Shown here: piece by piece, positions 49,530 through 62,419 of the stretch
How positions within the stretch are numbered: the first letter of the stretch is position 1
Layout: every line of letters starts with the position of its first letter
DNA from: Octopus bimaculoides
Lineage: Eukaryota
Reading direction: 5' to 3'
NCBI RefSeq assembly: GCF_001194135.2
Contig: NC_068985.1
Span: forward strand, 30,828,829 to 30,892,828
DNA: 64,000 nucleotides
Position numbers and translations under genes: made by a program
The notes under the pieces: generated by a model
What the model was told of the DNA's origin: nothing
What the model saw: the letters and a program-made list of their open reading frames with translations, nothing else
The model's database searches: none

Positions 49530-50410
49530 TTCTTTTGTATACTAGAAGAGGGATCAGATGTAATGTGGATGAGGACAGTTGCATAAAGGAGTCTCGATCA
49601 TTAAATGTGGCTAGAACTTCTGGAAAAGGGAGAACCAAGAAGACATGGGATACAATAGTAAAGACCAACCTCAGGCTGTTGAGCCTCACAGAGATGATAA
49701 AGGACTGAGATGATCAGCAACTTGCTGTGCTCAAGAGGACTTGTCCATCTCAGCAAAAATGAGATCCTAATAGCATATTATTAATGTCTCTGCCCCACAC
49801 TCTATCTATACTTGTCAAGCCTTCCTCACAACTCATCTTCATAAGACTATTTCCTCAGCTGCAGTAAATATATAAGGGCAGAACTGTACATATTTTGTAC
49901 TCTTTCTGAGCTACTAGTTATCCTTCTACTTGGAACTGCTTCCCTTGTCACCCATCTTGCACTTCCAACATCATCCCTTATCACTTTATTTCCCTTGAAC
50001 ACCCTTTCAAATTTGCTACCGACCACTCCATCGTTTTTGTCATTGCATCCATCCCTACATGCTTCTGACTTCCATTTCTGTCACTGTGCATCTTCACATC
50101 ATCTCCTACATTTCACATTTCTCATTATTTCTCATTTGTCTATAGTTTTATTGTACTGTTACTCTCTACCTCCCGCTTTTTATGTATTGCCACCCAACAC
50201 CTCCTCCTTGACCCACTCCTATTTTCCTTCATCTCCCCCCTTAACTGAGATTCATCACTGACCATGCCTCCACCCTTGTTTACCATTCACTGCATTTGTT
50301 TCTGTCCTCATTTCTACTATCTGTCACTCTCCTGCCACACTTTTAAACCTACCTACCTACCTAACTATCCTTGACTCTTTATCCCTACTCTCTCTTAACT
50401 CTGTCATGCC
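49530..50410 (+). mobile_element. Old RTE 3' end with pyrimidine-rich UTR
   Basis: gtggatgaggacagttgcataaagg...ggagaaccaagaagacatggg, then a C/T-rich tract. Confidence 0.7.
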
Positions 50411-51551
50411 GTATTCTCATTATAGCAGGAATAGCTTAAATGTCATTTCAAGGTGATAAAATAGTAAAATTAGACTACTGATCATGTTGCAACTTTGTAG
50501 TCAAGTGTGTTTATGACTCATTGTTAATAGTGTCCTCCATAGCTGTTATTCATTTTTGTATTTAATTGAGAAAAAAAACGATTTAGCAATGAAATGAGCA
50601 TGTGATGAACCTAGCACTTTGTCTTGTGAACAAGCAAGGCCTAGACTTTTAGCAGTTGAAATTATTAATATTTATTCTTTGGACAAAGGGTTTACACTTA
50701 CACTAACAATGGGAGTGATTCAGACAATCAAATTAGTGAAAATGATGAGGAAAGTAGCAATATGGGTGAGGGAAAGGCCTATTTTTGTTATTCTCCTGAA
50801 GTAAAAAAATTCAGGAGAATAATGATAACCTTTCCTTCAGCTACAATATTTGTTCACCCAAATCACTACTTACCTCATCAATTTCACCAATTTGATTGTC
50901 TGAGTCCCTCTCTTGAGCTGTATATGCAACTTTATTTTTTTACTCCCAGGTGGAGGGTAATGTTAGACACAGAGACCCAGGTCTAAGGGTGTTAATCTAC
51001 CCTCTTGTATCTTGTGGGTACACCCTAACTCTTAATTTCCATCATCCTTTCTCCCTTACCTGCTTGTGTACGAATATATCATCTGTACAGCAAGACACCT
51101 ATTTCTATCATACTCTATCATACTTAACAAAAGAAGGGAAATGACTTCAACTATAAATTAGAACCAAATAGACATTACTTGTGAAAAGCTATTCAAATTT
51201 ATCATATTCACTAATATTCTATTTGATTAACATAGTGACAAATCTGCCTTTGCAGATCAGTCAAACTCAAACATAAATGACAAAATGAACATTGGATAAT
51301 ACATGCACATACTATATATATATATATCATCAAAATTATTTCTAAATGATAAAATATGAAAAACCCAAAACAAAGAATTGCAAGTAGGTCAGCCTAGCTT
51401 CACTGCAGAATATTATTTTTCTAGTCCCCATCTCACCCCATGTCCTATTTGAGCAAACCTATGACCAAAGGAATTTCTGCTGTAAACATCACATTTTTTT
51501 TTCTTCTTTCTCACTTTTTTTTTTTAAATGTTCCCTTGATACGTAATCCAA

Positions 51552-51582
<31 letters not shown>

Positions 51583-54500
51583 GCTGTTACTGTATTATTT
51601 CTATCCATTAATTTCTTGCCCTACTTGTATTTTGTTGTCCTTCTCATTTTGTCCTTGTTTAACCATCACCTCAGTGATATTCCCTATATCACCGGTGCAA
51701 CCAGACAAGCAGTATCATGGAATTTAAAATCTTAAAAAAACTGGAGCAACATGAAATGAAGTGTTTTACTTAAGAATCAAAAGCACAATCATAAGAGGAG
51801 TCCAACATGCTAATCACTAAGTCATGCATCTCCATAAAGGATGAGGTAGAGGAAAGTGGTCAGCAGTGTTTTGTAATAAGAAATGGGGAATCCATAAAAC
51901 TGTTTAAAAATGATCTATGTCGACTCATGGTTATTGTTTTAAATTCTCAAAGTGGATGGTACTGCCCCCTGGGGTGGTCAAGAATTTTATGTATTCTGGA
52001 GATAAACAAGCTGGGTGGAGTAATAGATACTGTTGTTTTCAGATTTTGTCTCATTGAAATGTTATCTTTAAAAAAAACCAAAAAAAACAAAAACAGTATC
52101 ATTATTAACTGCTTGTTAGCCATAATCACAATAGCAACAATATCAATAACAATGATAACAATAACAACACCATCAAAAATAATAGACTTCAAATATATAC
52201 CACCTAGACTTGAAAATTATAATCAATAAACAAGAGTATAATAAAAAAAAAAACATTAAAATTATATGTGTTTTTCAGTACATGCAATCAAAGCAGCCAC
52301 TGCACTTGTAGTGTTAGGTAATATCCTTACTTGTGTATATATTTGTACATGTGGTGTATTTAATTTTGCTAAATCACAACAAAGGCTGTTGACAAATATT
52401 AGGTAAAAGGAAATGAATGATAGTTAGAAAAAAGAAGTTTGAGAAGTTCTGTATTAAATTGTTATTTATTTTCTAGAGTATGCTTCAAGCAGGAATTAAC
52501 TGTTGTTGGAAAAGAGAAGCAAAATAAGGTGGTGATGTGGAATGTATACTTGACATATTTAGGTTGTGATGAAATATTGTTTTGTAGAACTGTAAAACTG
52601 CATGTAATAATCACTAAGTAGAGTTTATATCCATGTCTTAATCTAATGTAAAATGGCATCATAAATCTTTCCTTATGTCTGACACTTCTTCGAATGATTT
52701 GGTTATTTTATTTCAGTTTATGGGCATTTGCTAATGAAAACTGCTACATAAAAATAATATATGGAAGCTGTTATAAGGTTACAATGGAAATTTGCTATTG
52801 TAAATCATAAAAGAGTATTGCTGTTGGCTATTATTATGCCAATGTGTTAGATAATGTCTATTTATTTAGAATTTGTTCTTGCTCTTGAAGATCCCATTTT
52901 GATTTTCTAATATGATATCACATAGGACTACATTTTCCAGTATGTTCTTCCTTAAGGAATTGTTTTGAAGGTGATTTCAGTGCTGTTTTTAGCAGATTAA
53001 ACAGTTAGGAAGTGGTTTCTTTTCATCTTCAATGATTTTTTTTTTTTTGATCTAGTGAAGGTAAGTTTGGTTGCTTTTAATATGAGCATAGAAGTCAGGT
53101 TTATTGCACAACAGTTAGATATCTAATTCTTGTGTAATAAAGATTACTAATAATGGTGTTGTGATATATGTGGCTTTAGTGACAGACAACACATTGTAAT
53201 GTCAAGGGAAATAAAATAATAAAGACAGTGATGAGATCATATGCAATACTGTACTAGTGAAAGTGATGCCACTTAATGAATCAAAGCCATAAATCTTATA
53301 ACTCACATCAATCGGTAGAATAAGGAGATAGTAACTATACTCTGCAAGTGTGTCTAACATCAGTCTTTCTGGCAAGAAAACTCACACTAAAGTAACTAAT
53401 GTAGTATATGTACTGTCTGCCCACATCTGGAAGCTTAGAAAAACTAAAGAATAATGCATGAGATTGGCAAAATCAGTAGAGTATCAGCTAAAAGTCCTTG
53501 CAGCACCTTATGACGGCTTATATTTTGATTTTAGATCAAGTTGAGGATAACTGCCTTTCATCTATATGAGGATAGTAGTTGGATGGGATGGAAGTGGGTG
53601 TGGGGAAATACCAGCCAAATATTGGGTTGATTTAATTTGTTTATCTGTGTAAGTGTTGTTTGTACAGTGTATTCACATACATGTGTGTACATATCTAAAC
53701 AATTCCCATGGATCACATTGAGTCTAGTTGTCAAAACTAATAATTGTTACTGGTGACAGCCAAAAAGCAATCATCACAAATGCTTGGCTGCATTTGTATC
53801 TCTTGACTTCTCATCTTTTTACCTTGATAATAGCTTATATTAGGGCGCACTTACAATTAATAAACTTTCATTGGTCAGGTTAATGATAAATCATCAGTGG
53901 ATTTGATGTGTGACTGAAAAAAAATTAGTGGTCAGCTTTTTTCTGATGTCCTGAAGTTTTTGCTGTTATCATGGGTCAGTTTCAAGTGATCAGTTGTTTA
54001 TCAAAAATTTCCTGAATGGAAATAAGCAGTCCCAGTTTCAAATTTAGGCATATATTTATAAATGTGTCACTGTAGGTTATGAATGGGGTGTTATACATGT
54101 GGGTGGAATACAGGAAAATGAACAATGCTGTCTTGTAATAGACACACTACCTTGAGTTTGACATGAATTAATGTGCAGAGTGAAAATTACTGTCTACAGA
54201 ACAAACATAAAAACTGGCTGTTGTCACATTGATGTTTGTGAAGTGTGCAGGTGAAAGCACAAAGAAAAAGGCAAAAAAGAGCCCACGAGAAAATGTTAAT
54301 ATTTATGTTGGTATGTGCACAAAGAACAGTATTTGTATTCATGTTAAAATGTATATGGCTGCATTCACAAACAAAGCGAAACAAAAGGCCTGCTGTGTAA
54401 AGAAATATTAAAGAAGGAAAAAGACAAACTTGTCACAGTACAGTCTGTTGCAATTAACTGGGTAATGGTTCTGAAATAAAAAATTTTTAAGGACATGCAA

Positions 54501-54976
54501 AAAGAATGTTTATGAAGAATCTATGTATCTATGTGCATTGAATCAAAGTGAAAGAGACAGTTGATTCTGTATCTTTGAATGTAGGTGCAGGTCAGGTATT
54601 TACATTTAGGTGTTTGTCTATGTTGAACTTCCATACTTTCAGTTGTGTAGTCTTTAAGGGTGCAAAACTGTAGTGCTATACAGAAAGATTAAAACCAACA
54701 GCTTAACTACAGAGCCTTTCCCATGCCCACCCCTCTCTTGCCTGCATTTGTTTCTTGTCTTTTCTTCTCTTCTTTTTGCTTTCATGAAAGCTTATGGTTC
54801 ACTGACTTCTAGTCAGCAACTTTAATTGATCAAGTAATGAAGTTAATGACGAACTATTCAGTGGTTTGGGGTTTAGTCTCATTGCATGACATCTTCGTCA
54901 TTTGGTCATTTTTCTTTTCTGTAACCCCAGACCAATCAGAGCCTTGTGAGTGGATTTGATAGACAGAAACTGAAAA

Positions 54977-55206
54977 GTCGGTGAGCTGGCAGAAACGTTA
55001 GCACGCCGGGCGAAATGCTTTGTGGTATTTCGTCCGCCGCTGCGTTCTGAGTTCAAATTCTGCCGAGGTCGACTTTGCCTTTCATCCTTTCAGAGTCTAT
55101 AAATTAAGTACCAGTTATGCACTGGGTCAATGTAATCGACTTAATCCGTTTGTCTTTCCTTGTTTGTCCCCTCTGTGTTTAGCCCCTTGTGGGCAATAAA
55201 GAAATA
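54977..55206 (+). mobile_element. Young full-length SINE family B nested in SINE A
   Basis: CpG-rich copy (cggtgagctggcagaaacgttagcacgccgggcg...); TSD agaaactgaaaa at 54965-54976 and 55207-55218. Confidence 0.9.
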
Positions 55207-56711
55207 AGAAACTGAAAAAGTCTTTGTGAGCGTGTGTGTGTGTGTCTACATATAGATAGGTAAATAGATATGTATATGTATTCATGTGTGTGTGTTTGTG
55301 TTTTCTTGTCTTTACCTCACACAGTAGTTGCAAATGAGCATCATCATCATGTCCTTTGTTCTTAATCTTCCTTGAAGACATGTCCAGCCATGAGGGAAGA
55401 TATTAATTTGCAGGGAAATAGGCGAGAATTGGTGATAAGAAGGGTATCAGACTATAGAAAATCTGCCTCAGTGAATTCCATCTGACGTATCCAAGGTTGG
55501 AAAAATGGATACCAGAATAATTTAAATGTATGTATGATGTATATATGATAATTGTTACTTAACTCAATGTGGATTCATAGATGTAGTTCATAGACAACAA
55601 AAGGTGTCTCCAATATAGTTTCTAAGCTTGCTTTCATATTTTTTTTTACAGTAAAAATATGATAAACGCCCAGCTTGGTCGTTAACAAGAGTCTTAATAT
55701 GGTAGCTTTATTTTTACCTGTTCATTTGAAACTAGATATACCTGTGGTGAATATTGGTAACCAATATACAAAACTGGCAGGGGTGGTGGTGACCTAACAT
55801 TGTTGATGTATGTTATATAAAGTTTTGAGTGAATCTTGCATGAAAATTACTTGAAAAGAATAACTTAATTTTATTGTTTTATAGATTGTTTTACTTTTCA
55901 GTAGCCAAGCTTTTGTTTTTGACAGCTGTTATAGTGTATATTGATAAGTAACATTTGTGGAAGATGTGGAAGTAACTCTATGGATCTGAACAGTTAAATG
56001 ATTATAATTCTCATTTGTTGATTTGTCATTAGTAAAATACTGGATTGGTTAGTATGTGGAAAAATACAAAATAGAGCTATTTGTATTTAGTAGAGACAGG
56101 TATGTTTTCATGGAGCTTAATAGTTTATGTATACAACCAGATGTTTTATTTTGTTAATGCATCATTTGAAAATTACTGCTTTACAAAACTATATCTAACC
56201 TGTCTTCTGTTGCTATTAAAACATTGACCTCATTTCTGTATTTAATGGCTGTATCATCAGCAAATTTCAGACACAAGTAATATCTAGCTAAGTGGCCTTC
56301 AGTATCATAGAAATCAATAATTTCAGTGAGTTAAGTAACCTTTTTTTTTTACACTAAATCCATTGAAGTTATTGATTTTTTAATTTTTATTTTAATTTTG
56401 TAAAGATTTTAGTATCTGCCTTTGTTATCTAATGTTTCCTTAGTGACAGCTATGAAGTGAGAATTACTGCCAATCTTTCAATAGTTTAATGTTAAGATTT
56501 ATAGTTAATTTTGAAAGTACTTTTTTTGCAAGGTTAGTAATCTATTCTGGGAAGACTACAAAATTATGTGAAGTTGGTATTTTGTTAGAGAAATAACCTA
56601 AGACAGCAGAATACTGGTTATAGCTATTCTACTATATCTAGTTCTAAATTCTTTTTGATTGTGAGTTCAAGTTCCATCTTAGTCAGTTGAGTTTTATTGG
56701 TATCAATTATA

Positions 56712-57952
56712 CAGGGTGTCCCAAAATTAAGGCAACCAACTTTATTCAATTTTGTCAAAGCAAAATATCGTTATATTTTGGATCTGAGCATTGCAATGCA
56801 ATGGTAAAGGAAACACAATTATGACACTACCACATTTATTTGATATGACCACCTCTGTTTTGAATTTCAGCCTTAAGTCTTGGTGCGAATGTTTCACACA
56901 TGGCATGCAGCTGTTCTTGCAGAATTGAAGCCCATTCCTGACACAGTTTTGCCTTTAGTGTGTCAAGCGAAGTATGAGGAGTGCTTGAGATTCTTAATTG
57001 CCCAAATAGACCAAACAGAAAAATCCATCGGGTTGAGATTGGAACATCTTGAGGGTCATACATCCTTGCCTATGAACGATGGAATGTTTATCTGAATCCA
57101 GTGTTGTGTCTGTTTGGAGCTGTAGGATGATGCCGAGTCCTGAAAGTGCTCATTCATCCATGGAAGCATTCAGATTCCAGAATGTTGTTAATATGACACT
57201 GGGTGTTAATTTTAACACCTGAGGACAGAAAAACGAAGGGAGACCTTCCAGTGGCTTTAACAGCTGCCCAAACCACAACTGACTGTGAATTTTGACATGA
57301 GTCTATCCTTGATGGAGCCAGACATACTCCAAAGTTGGTCATCCTGGCAGTTTACTGTATTTGATGTCAAATTTCTGTTCATCAGTGAACACCAGGTTGG
57401 GCAGCATGCCTTCAACAATCTGATGCAGGATAAGACAACTTCTCTCTCATGGCCTTATAAACTTGCATGAGTTCGTAACAGCATAACATCTTGTAGGGGT
57501 GGGTCATGAGATCCTCCTTCGGCACTTGATACATCAATGTTTGGCTTATTTGCTGTGACAGGCAGTTTTCTAACAGAATGATGAGGATTTTGCTGTTTAT
57601 TTTTGTGGTATTTTTGATAAGCCGAGGGGTCTGCAGACTTCTTTTTTAGCCATGTCCAGGTCAGTCAGCAGTGGAATCAGTCTCTTGAAATTTTTTGACA
57701 ATTTTCCAGATTGTTATCCAGTTAATCTTAAGCTTTATTGCTATAGCTTATTAGTTTTGCCTCCTTTGTGGAGGGCTGTGATTGTATTTCAGTCTGTAGC
57801 CATTATCTAATTTATAAATCTAAATTCATTTAGTCTGAAACAAAAAGAAGACACACTAAGCTTTTATAATAATGTATAATTTTCATATCTTATCACATTT
57901 ATTGGTAGTTTAAGACCCAAAACTTCAGTTGCCTTAATTTTAGGACACTTTG
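56712..57952 (-). mobile_element. Full-length decayed maT/DD37D-like transposon
   Basis: 25-bp TIRs cagggtgtcccaaaattaaggcaac (22/25 match), TA on both sides. SVVVWAAVKATGRSPFVF and TPHTSLDTLKAKL..EW..GGHIK motifs. Confidence 0.9.
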
Positions 57953-59069
57953 TATATGGAGGGAAGAAGTGAGGGTTAAAATTAACATGTCTCTATCCCT
58001 TAAAAATTTAACTTTATAATTAGTCAAAAGAAACAAACTTTTTGTTTTAAGAGACACTAGTTTGGAATTTATGATACATACTCAAGCTATAGCAAAGTTT
58101 CTGAACAATACAGTTTGGAGAATGGAGAATTTTATTTATTTCATTCACAGTCTGTAAACATAGATACAGCAAGAATCCTAATTAGGAGAAAGCCAACTGC
58201 AAGATTGGCTCAATAAGTTCAATAAAACAAAGGTTTTTGTTATTATATTAGTGATTACTTCAGCCAGAGTACTTTTTGGTATTGAAAATAAATTCCTGTA
58301 AGTGTTAATACACATATTTAGGCTGTGCTGGAAATATGAAGTTTCAAAAGAAGTACCAAGAATTGCTCTACTTTACTGTAAACAATATAAAATGTTCTTT
58401 CTATTTAGCTTTTTTCTGAAAAGGTTAGAAAAATATTTACTGATAAATTTGATTAAATGGTGTTAAACCTGTTTTCTCTCACAATAATATACAGATGATT
58501 AAACAGAAAATTGGTTTGAAATTATTTTGTAAATTTATGTAAAAGAATGATATATTTTGTTTAAGACAGCAGAATACTGGTTTTAGGTATTTTACTGTAT
58601 CTAATTCTAAATTCCTTATGATTGTAAGAACAAAAATACTGGCAGCAACCTTGCTCTTTGTGCTCCTTTAGAATATCTGTGAGAATGAGTGTAAAGGATT
58701 ACGGGAAAACCATCCCCCCAAATTGATTAATACTTTTGTTAGTAGTTGAGATGATAATTCTTCTTTCAATAACTCCATGGCCTCCATCAAGGACAAACTT
58801 CTTAATTCCATTAAGAAGAATCTTATCCTAACAGATTTCACTAAGGAAATCCACCAAGAAAGTCTGACTCTCACCTCTGCTAAGATTAACTCCATTCCAT
58901 CAAACTCTGTCAACCATATTCACAAACTCTATTAACGAACTTTATTAACCATATTGCATTCTCAAAAGTTCCAAAGAAAACACCAAGAACAACATCTAGA
59001 TTGTTTCAATCTTTGATAGATATCCCAAACTACAACAAATTGCTATCATTTCATCATTCATATGATTTA

Positions 59070-59285
59070 AGGTGGCAAGCTGGCAGAACTGTTAGCATAC
59101 TGGGCAAAATGCTTAGTGGTACTTCATCCATCTTTACATTCTGAGTTCAGATCCACCAAGGTCAACTTTACCTTCCATCCTTTCAGGGTCGATAAAATAA
59201 ATACCATTGAACACTGGGGTCAATGTAATCAATTTACTCCTTCCTCAACAATTGCTGGCCTTGTGCCAAAATTAGAAACCAATAT
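59070..59285 (+). mobile_element. SINE family B ending about 75 bp upstream of SORL1 exon 2
   Basis: ggtggcaagctggcagaac...ttctgagttcag...ccttccatcctttcagggtcgataaaa...ggccttgtgccaaaattagaaacc. Confidence 0.82.
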
Positions 59286-59361
59286 GACTTAGCATTTATC
59301 ATTGATTAGTTTTGGTCAGTTAATATTTTCAAATGCTAATGTTTTTCTATTTTTCTTACAG

Positions 59362-59595
59362 GCACACCTGAAAGACAGCCATCAGCTCATGGTTGTGCAC
59401 TGGGCAGGTAAAAATAGCAGAGTGATTGTAGCCTTAACTAAAGACTCCAAACCAACAGCCAAAGCATCTTCCAGCAATGTATTCATATCATATAATTATG
59501 GCAAAGACTTTGAAAATGTTAGCTACAAGTTGACATCAGACAACAATGTGTCAGCTATTCACCAGTTTCATAATCACCCACGACAGAACAGCCAT
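59362..59595 (+). CDS. SORL1: SORL1 coding exon 2 (start of Vps10p beta-propeller)
   Basis: ttttcttacag|GCA acceptor, CAT|GTAAG donor, 234 bp. AHLKDSHQLMVVHWAGKNSRVIVALTKDS...NVFISYNYGKDF aligns with human [29 protein letters not shown]...DVYVSYDYGKSF. Confidence 0.96.
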
Positions 59596-60200
59596 GTAAG
59601 TTTCTATGCTTCTCCAAATCTTTTCATACTTTATTATAGTTTAATATGCTCATGGTGTCAGTGTATGAACATGAATGTGTGTGTATATAATTATGAATAC
59701 AGTTTATGACTGTATTTTATACATCAGCTGTTTGTTTGAGTGTTGGTATATATTTGGGTTCATTTATTTCTAACCTATGTTATTTATTTTTAAAAAAATT
59801 TCAAAGTAAATTAACCATCCTTCTTTTGGCCTCAGGCTGATTCCTCAGTAAAAAATTTGATATTCATCTTTTAGTTATCTTGGCCTTGTCTGCTGTGTAC
59901 TTACATGAACACTCATACAAAATAAGACATTTGTGTGGAAGTATAATTACCATCATTATTGTTTATCTTCCTGACATCTTATTTAATTAACTGACATTAA
60001 GAAACTCATCACAAACTATTGTTAAATCACTTTTACACAAGTCCAAAATATTTTCCTGGAGTTTTTTCATATTATAGACTTAATCAGTTACCCCAGTTTA
60101 ATAACACCATCTGGTCCTAAGGTGTCATTAGTGGAGTCCAGGATCTGATCCTTTCTGAGAATAACTTCCTCCATTATTGAAAAAGTATGATTCTTTTATT

Positions 60201-60248
<48 letters not shown>

Positions 60249-60273
60249 TTCATATCTTTTCTTGTTATTGCAG

Positions 60274-60435
60274 TATGTATTTGTGGATATAACTTATAAC
60301 GTCACATTTTTCACACGAGACTATGGAAAGGCTTTCATTAAGCATCCTGTACCTTTTTGCCCCAGAGTATTGGCCTTTCATTCTTCGAATCCAGAAATAC
60401 TTCTTGGCATGGATGATGATGATTCACAGAGAAAA
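60274..60435 (+). CDS. SORL1: SORL1 coding exon 3 (Vps10p domain)
   Basis: ttattgcag|TAT acceptor, AAA|GTAAG donor, 162 bp, phase 0. YVFVDITYNVTFFTRDYGKAF...FHSSNPEILLGMD aligns with human YIFADAYAQYLWITFDFCNT...LHSKASNLLLGFD (54 aa each). Confidence 0.93.
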
Positions 60436-61089
60436 GTAAGTTGCTATTGTGTATATAGATATTCATCTAGTTCAACCAATCGGAAACTCGTCTGTTGTGG
60501 CCTGGGGGAAGTGTAATAAATAAGAGAAAATTAAAATCAAAACTCTGATGGATATGTACCTGAAAGCTACTCATTGCTATTTATCACTTAGCTAACAGCA
60601 TCTCTTTACATGGCGTCTATGCCTCTCACAAGCTATGCAACTACATCTAGTTTTATTAGTGATCACTGGGTCTGTCAGAGGCCTTTTCCAGATCAATAAA
60701 TGCAAAGCGCAGTGGCTTGCTCTTTGCTAAAACCTTCATAAGTAATTGTTTCACATGGAAGAAGGCACTAACAGTACACTGTCCTAGCACAAACCTGAAT
60801 TGTATCTGATCTAAGCAAATTTCCTTTGTAATTACTTGCGCTTATAACTTGAAAATTTTAAGCACAAACATTTTAGTTTGTATCAGGTTATTCGTGCTTC
60901 ATTTAATGAATTTTGTTTTGCAGGCAAATTGTTTTTTATATCTGAATATGTTCCTTCTACAAACCACTGTTAAACATTACAATTGATGTTTGTTTCCAGT
61001 GTATATAGAGAGGTATAAATATGAACAATATGTTGGTATAGTAAAGAAATTACCATTAATTTTCGTAACAAACAATGTGACCTACACAA

Positions 61090-62100
61090 AATGTTAGCCC
61101 CCTCTTCACATGGCACACCATTGTCTGAAGGCAGCTGTTGGTAGGTGTTTTTCACATTGTCATTGGCATCAGGTGTATGTGCATAAACAGAGATCAGTGT
61201 CATAAAGGTGGTAGTAGAGATTGGTATTTAGAGAATTATAAGCTGTTCATTGATGGCAGAAGGTTTCAGACGGTGTTCCCTTACAAGCTTGGATTTTACA
61301 GCAAAAGCGACTCTGTGAGTTTTTCTCTCTCCTTCTTTCCCTTTCCAGAAGAAGGTCTAACCCAAACCTATCTCTTCAGGCTTTCCTTCCCCAGAAAGAC
61401 GTGTTTCACTAAGGGCAGCAATGTCGATGTTAAATCTCGCTAGTTCTTTGGAGACAGCTGTTCTACGTTCTGGTCTCCTGTGTCTTGAGGATCAAGGAGC
61501 ATTCACATGTTCCATGTTCTAATGGTTAATTTAATAATTTATTTTATTTAATTTCTGTTGCTCTTTGACCACTTGAATGGGTGTCCTGCTGGACGTGACT
61601 TACCAGCCAGGATTCTATGGTAGCATCTGATATTTAGCCCACCATTTCTAGGGCCTTCCCCATTCAGGGTGAGTAGTGGTGTTCCCAAATAGGCCTACCT
61701 AGTTGCAGATGTAGGACCGAGTCCCTGAGTTGTCACCAGGTCCCAGGAAGGCGATCATCTTGCATCTGCTACCTACGTGCAGGTCCAGACTAGGAGCTTC
61801 TAGTTTCACCAAAACCTCTTCCCACTATCCTTACCCCATTGCTGTTGGGCTTTTATAAAGAAAAACGAGTGAGGAGAAGAGTTGAATCAAAAAGAAATCC
61901 GTCAATGGTGTGAGTTTGTTTAGGGTGGAGATCTCCTTGCCAAGGGGGTCCCCATGCACTATGGCCCAAAATCCTTCTGCCACAAGAATACCTGGAGTGA
62001 CATGCAGAAGATGGGTTGCACCGGAATGCCACTAGCTCTAATGTCATTAGAGTTGCACCTTTCTAGCCAGCCCACCTGGCATCACCCTCTTCTGCTCGGA
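61090..62100 (-). mobile_element. RTE-BovB-like LINE 5' portion (5'UTR and AP endonuclease), 3'-truncated
   Basis: LTIRTWN, DIAALSETRLSGEG, TFFWKGK and TLISVYAHT motifs; GC-richer leader 61620-62100; no RT follows. Confidence 0.82.
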
Positions 62101-62351
62101 TCAATCATTGAGTTCAGGGACCAAACATTCTAGTAGGTATCTTTAAGATATTAGAATAAAATGGTACTACAGAGTTTGAACACATAAATCACAAACTATG
62201 AATTCAATACCTATGTCATTAAAAATACTTTTGGTATAACCCTATCATAAAGAGTTAAAAATAAACTTTTCTTTTACAATTTTAGAATTATTCAGAGTAA
62301 CATGTGGCTTGTTGATTTTGGTATTACTTTGGATTTTTTTTTTTGTTTCAG

Positions 62352-62419
62352 TTATATTTAACAAAGAATTTTGGAGATTCTTGGACTCTAGTGCAAGAAA
62401 ATGTGAAAGCCTTCTTTTG
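62352..62419 (+). CDS. SORL1: SORL1 coding exon 4 (Asp-box repeat)
   Basis: ttttgtttcag|TTA acceptor, TG|GTAACT donor, 68 bp. LYLTKNFGDSWTLVQENVKAFFW versus human [23 protein letters not shown]. Absent from the ORF track because it is short. Confidence 0.92.

Noticed and set aside
58640-59020. Possible retroelement ORF N-terminal remnant
   Set aside because: Compositionally ORF-like, but I could not identify a diagnostic motif; left unassigned.
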